Translations under genes and position numbers: made by a program
From: an uncultured Gemmatimonadales bacterium
Lineage (GTDB): Bacteria; Gemmatimonadota; Gemmatimonadetes; Longimicrobiales; RSA9
DNA length: 64,000 nt
Direction of reading: 5' to 3'
Assembly: GCA_963816355.1 (NCBI GenBank)
Contig: CAWFKH010000001.1
Span: 64,001 to 128,000, forward strand
Part shown: positions 61,110 to 64,000 of the stretch, one piece after another
Layout of the letters: each line of letters opens with the position of its first letter
Position numbering within the stretch: the stretch's first letter is position 1
Notes under the pieces: model-generated
The model's input: the letters and a program-made list of their open reading frames with translations, nothing else
Told to the model about the DNA's origin: nothing
Databases searched by the model: none

Positions 61110-62093
61110 ATGGAAACGAGACGCCCCACCGCGGCGGCGGCCGAAGAGATCCTCGGCGGCTACTTTCCCGTCCTCGACCACGGCTTCGTCGCGCTCGTCG
61201 ACTACATGGGCACCGACGACAGCGTCGAGCGCGCCGCGCGCGTTTCCTACGGCTACGGCACGCGCCGCGCCAGCGTGACACGGGGCCTGATCCGCTACCT
61301 CCGCCGCCACCACCACACCACGCCGAGCGAGATGGTCGAGGTGAAGCTCCACTGCGCGATGCCGATGTTCGTGGCGCGGCAGTGGATCCGTCACCGCACT
61401 GCGAACGTCAACGAGTACAGCGGCCGCTATTCGCTGATGCCGCTGCTCTTCTATACGCCGCCGCCGGAGCAGTTCGCCTTGCAGAGCGCGGCGAACAACC
61501 AGGGCAGGGAGGCGGAGGCGGCGGACCCGCACCTCTATCGCGAGGCGGTCGAGCGGTGGGAGCGGCTGCGCGCCGAGGCGGCGGACGACTACGGCTGGCT
61601 CGTCGGCAAGGAGGTCGCCCGCGAGCTGGCGCGCATCGACCTCCCGCTCTCGACCTACACCCAGTGGTACTGGAAGATCGACCTCCACAACCTGCTCCAC
61701 TTCCTCACGCTGCGCGTCGACCCGCACGCGCAGTGGGAGATCCGCGAGTTCGCCCGCGTCATCGCCGGCATCGTCAAGCGCGTCACGCCGCTCTCCTTCG
61801 AGGCGTGGGTCGACTACGACCTGTGCGGCGTCCGCTTCAGCCGCGCCGAGATGGACGCGATCCGCTCGCTGCTGCGCTTCGACGGGCACGGCCTCGGCGC
61901 CGCCGCGGACGCGGCGCCGCTCGACGAGCGCCACCTCGAAGAGCACGGGCTCTCCGCCCGTGAGATCCGCGAGCTCGCCGTCAAGCTCGAGCGTGCCGCC
62001 GTTCCGGACTTCGAGCTCGACGTTTCGCGCATGCTCAGTGCGGAAGAGATCGCTGCCCGCATGCAGGAGGCGGTGCCGACCCGCGTGTTGTGA
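61110..62093 (+). CDS. thyX: FAD-dependent thymidylate synthase
   Basis: AARVSY, HTTPSEM, ARQWIRHRTANVNEYSGRY, RELAR, LHNLLHFL.LR...HAQWEIR. Confidence 0.96.
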   Translation: METRRPTAAAAEEILGGYFPVLDHGFVALVDYMGTDDSVERAARVSYGYGTRRASVTRGLIRYLRRHHHTTPSEMVEVKLHCAMPMFVARQWIRHRTANVNEYSGRYSLMPLLFYTPPPEQFALQSAANNQGREAEAADPHLYREAVERWERLRAEAADDYGWLVGKEVARELARIDLPLSTYTQWYWKIDLHNLLHFLTLRVDPHAQWEIREFARVIAGIVKRVTPLSFEAWVDYDLCGVRFSRAEMDAIRSLLRFDGHGLGAAADAAPLDERHLEEHGLSAREIRELAVKLERAAVPDFELDVSRMLSAEEIAARMQEAVPTRVL

Positions 62094-62252
62094 TCGAGGC
62101 GCGGTGAGCGGGTGAACGGCGCGGGAACGGTGGGCGTCGGCGGCGGGCGGGGTGCGGCGCGTGAGATCGGCGGCCGATGGAACGGCGAGGTGGGCGGCAA
62201 GGTGCCGCTGCGACGGCGCCTCGCCCCCCCACCTTGACCGGGCGTGGCGCGG

Positions 62253-62513
62253 CTACTTCAGGTGCTGGTTGGCGAGCTTTGTCATCTCGAACATCGAGAC
62301 CCGCGACTTGCCGTTGAAGACCGGCTTCAGCTTGGCGTCGGCGACGATCGTGCGCTTGTCCTTCGGGTCCTGCAGGTTGTTCTTCTTCACGTAGTCCCAC
62401 AGCCGCTTCGTCACTTCGGTGCGCGGCATCGGCTTGTCGCCGACGACCGCCGCGAGCTCGGGGCTCGGAGTCATCGGCTTCATGAATGCCGCATTCGGCT
62501 TGCGCTGCGCCAT
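62253..62513 (-). CDS. Stand-alone SWIB/MDM2-domain protein
   Basis: SPELAAVVG..PMPRTEVTKRLWDYVKKNNLQDPKDKR.I.ADAKL, MFEMTK; GGAGG RBS. Confidence 0.93.
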   Translation of the reverse strand: MAQRKPNAAFMKPMTPSPELAAVVGDKPMPRTEVTKRLWDYVKKNNLQDPKDKRTIVADAKLKPVFNGKSRVSMFEMTKLANQHLK

Positions 62514-62738
62514 GCTCGACCTCCGACGCTGTGTGTTGGCGATAGGTGCCGGTGGTTCCCGGCCCGGGAGTGCCGGCTCACCGGCGCCCCCACGTTGCAG
62601 GGGGGAGGGGGTTTTCGCAAGACGCAGCGCTCGGGGCTCGCCTTGCCGCGCCCCACGCAGGGCCGGCATCTTGGGCCCCGAGGCGCGGGTCCGCGACGAC
62701 CGCGCGCCGTCCTCCCGAACCCCGGACCAGGCAAGCGG

Positions 62739-64000
62739 ATGATCGTCGTCGTGGGCGCCGGCGTGACCGGACTCGCGCTCTCGCGCGAGCTCGCCCGCCG
62801 CGCCGCGGAGCACATCGTACTCGAGGCGACCGACCGCGTGGGCGGCGTGATCCGCACCCGCCGCGCCGGCGACACCGTCCTCGAGGCGGGGCCACAGCGT
62901 ACGCGCTTCACGCCGGCGATCCGCGAGCTCGTGGAGGAGCTGGGAATCGAATCAGAGCTGCTTCTCGCGCCCGCCGACCTCCCGCTCTTCGTCTTCAGCC
63001 GGGGCCGCCTGCGCCAGGTGCCGTTCACGCCGCTGCAGCTCCTCCGCGGCGACCTGCTCTCCTGGCCCGGCCGGCTGCGCCTCCTCGCAGAGCCGCTCAT
63101 GTCGCCGGCCGGCCGCAACGAGAGCGTGGCGGCGTTCCTCACCCGCGGCTTCGGGCCGGAGGCGTACGCCCGCATGCTCGGCCCCCTCTTCGGCGGCCTC
63201 TACGGCTCCGACCCGGCCGAGATGCGGGTGCGCCACTCGCTCGGGCCGCTCCTCGACGACCTCGGCCTCGCGGACCGCAGCCTCGTCCTCGCGGCGTTGC
63301 GCCGCTCCGCGTCGAAGCGCCGCGCCGCCGACGCGTGCTCGTTCCGCGGAGGCCTCGAAACGCTCCCCGCCGCGATGGGGAAGGCGGCACTCGCGCGGAT
63401 CCGCCTCGCGACGCCGGTTCGCGCGATCCGACGCCGCGGCGAGGGCTACGTCGTCGAAGCGGGCGGCGAGCGGATCGACGCGCGCGCCGTCGTGCTCACG
63501 ACGCCAGCGGAGGCGGCGTCGCGACTGCTGCGCGCCGTCGCCGCGCCCGCCGCGGACGCGCTGCGCCGGCTGCACTACAACCGCCTCGCGATCGCATACC
63601 TGCGCTCCGGCCTGGACGCGCGCGGCCTCGGCTACCAGGTCGCGCTCGGCGAGCCGCTCGAGACGAGGGGCGTCACGTTCAGCGCCAGCCTCTTCGGACC
63701 GGAGGCGGCCGACGCGCGCGGCACCCCGACCCGCTCCGCCAACGGTCGCGGCGGCCTCTTCACCGCCTTCCTCGGCGGCTCCCGCAATCCCGGTCTCGTG
63801 GAGATGCCGGACGACTGGATCGGCGAGGTGGCGTGCAACGAGTTCCGCACGGCGACCGGCGCGGATGCGGAGGCGATCGCGATCGAGCGCGTGCGGATGC
63901 CGGCCTGGGACCGGAGCTGGGACGCGACCGATCACCTCGATCTGCCGCCCGGCCTCCACCTCGCCGCCAACTACGAGTCGCGCGTCGGCATCCCCGGCCG
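62739..64000 (+). CDS. hemY: Protoporphyrinogen/coproporphyrinogen oxidase HemY, truncated by the window end
   Basis: Not in the ORF track. Translated by hand: MIVVVGAGVTGLAL...LEATDRVGGVIRT...LEAGP, later GGLYGSDP, FRGGLETLP, LFTAFLGG. Confidence 0.88.
   Translation, partial: MIVVVGAGVTGLALSRELARRAAEHIVLEATDRVGGVIRTRRAGDTVLEAGPQRTRFTPAIRELVEELGIESELLLAPADLPLFVFSRGRLRQVPFTPLQLLRGDLLSWPGRLRLLAEPLMSPAGRNESVAAFLTRGFGPEAYARMLGPLFGGLYGSDPAEMRVRHSLGPLLDDLGLADRSLVLAALRRSASKRRAADACSFRGGLETLPAAMGKAALARIRLATPVRAIRRRGEGYVVEAGGERIDARAVVLTTPAEAASRLLRAVAAPAADALRRLHYNRLAIAYLRSGLDARGLGYQVALGEPLETRGVTFSASLFGPEAADARGTPTRSANGRGGLFTAFLGGSRNPGLVEMPDDWIGEVACNEFRTATGADAEAIAIERVRMPAWDRSWDATDHLDLPPGLHLAANYESRVGIPG

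Overview
Very GC-rich bacterial chromosomal DNA. Gene content (DUF5916, VPS10/BNR, DUF305+LVIVD, PIG-L/NEW3, M1 peptidase, many lipoproteins) suggests Gemmatimonadota, but that is an inference. About 50 CDS are supported. Housekeeping and metabolic genes are hutU-clpP-hutF, lon, tatC, an Fe/polyamine-type ABC transporter operon, nfo, nfuA, a glutamate dehydrogenase, an amgK/murU-like pair, thyX, a SWIB protein and a partial hemY. Between them lie many accessory secreted and outer-membrane proteins. I found no rRNA, tRNA, CRISPR, integrase or transposase. The most notable signals are: (1) two diverging tandem arrays (37-bp and 74-bp units, 53611-54581) built from about 50 GC-stem mini-hairpins with GAA/GCNA loops and pyrimidine linkers, abutting a sigma54-type promoter of a DUF892 ferritin-like gene; (2) three apparent gene-fragment captures marked by direct repeats of host sequence with no recombinase nearby, one carrying a 1257-aa orphan; (3) a secreted S1/P1 nuclease-M1 aminopeptidase fusion; (4) a TIGR04190-like B12 radical SAM enzyme that may be related to archaeal GDGT ring synthases. 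Product calls rest on motif recognition by eye, not database searches. Several starts were re-assigned from the ORF track using RBS or overlap evidence.
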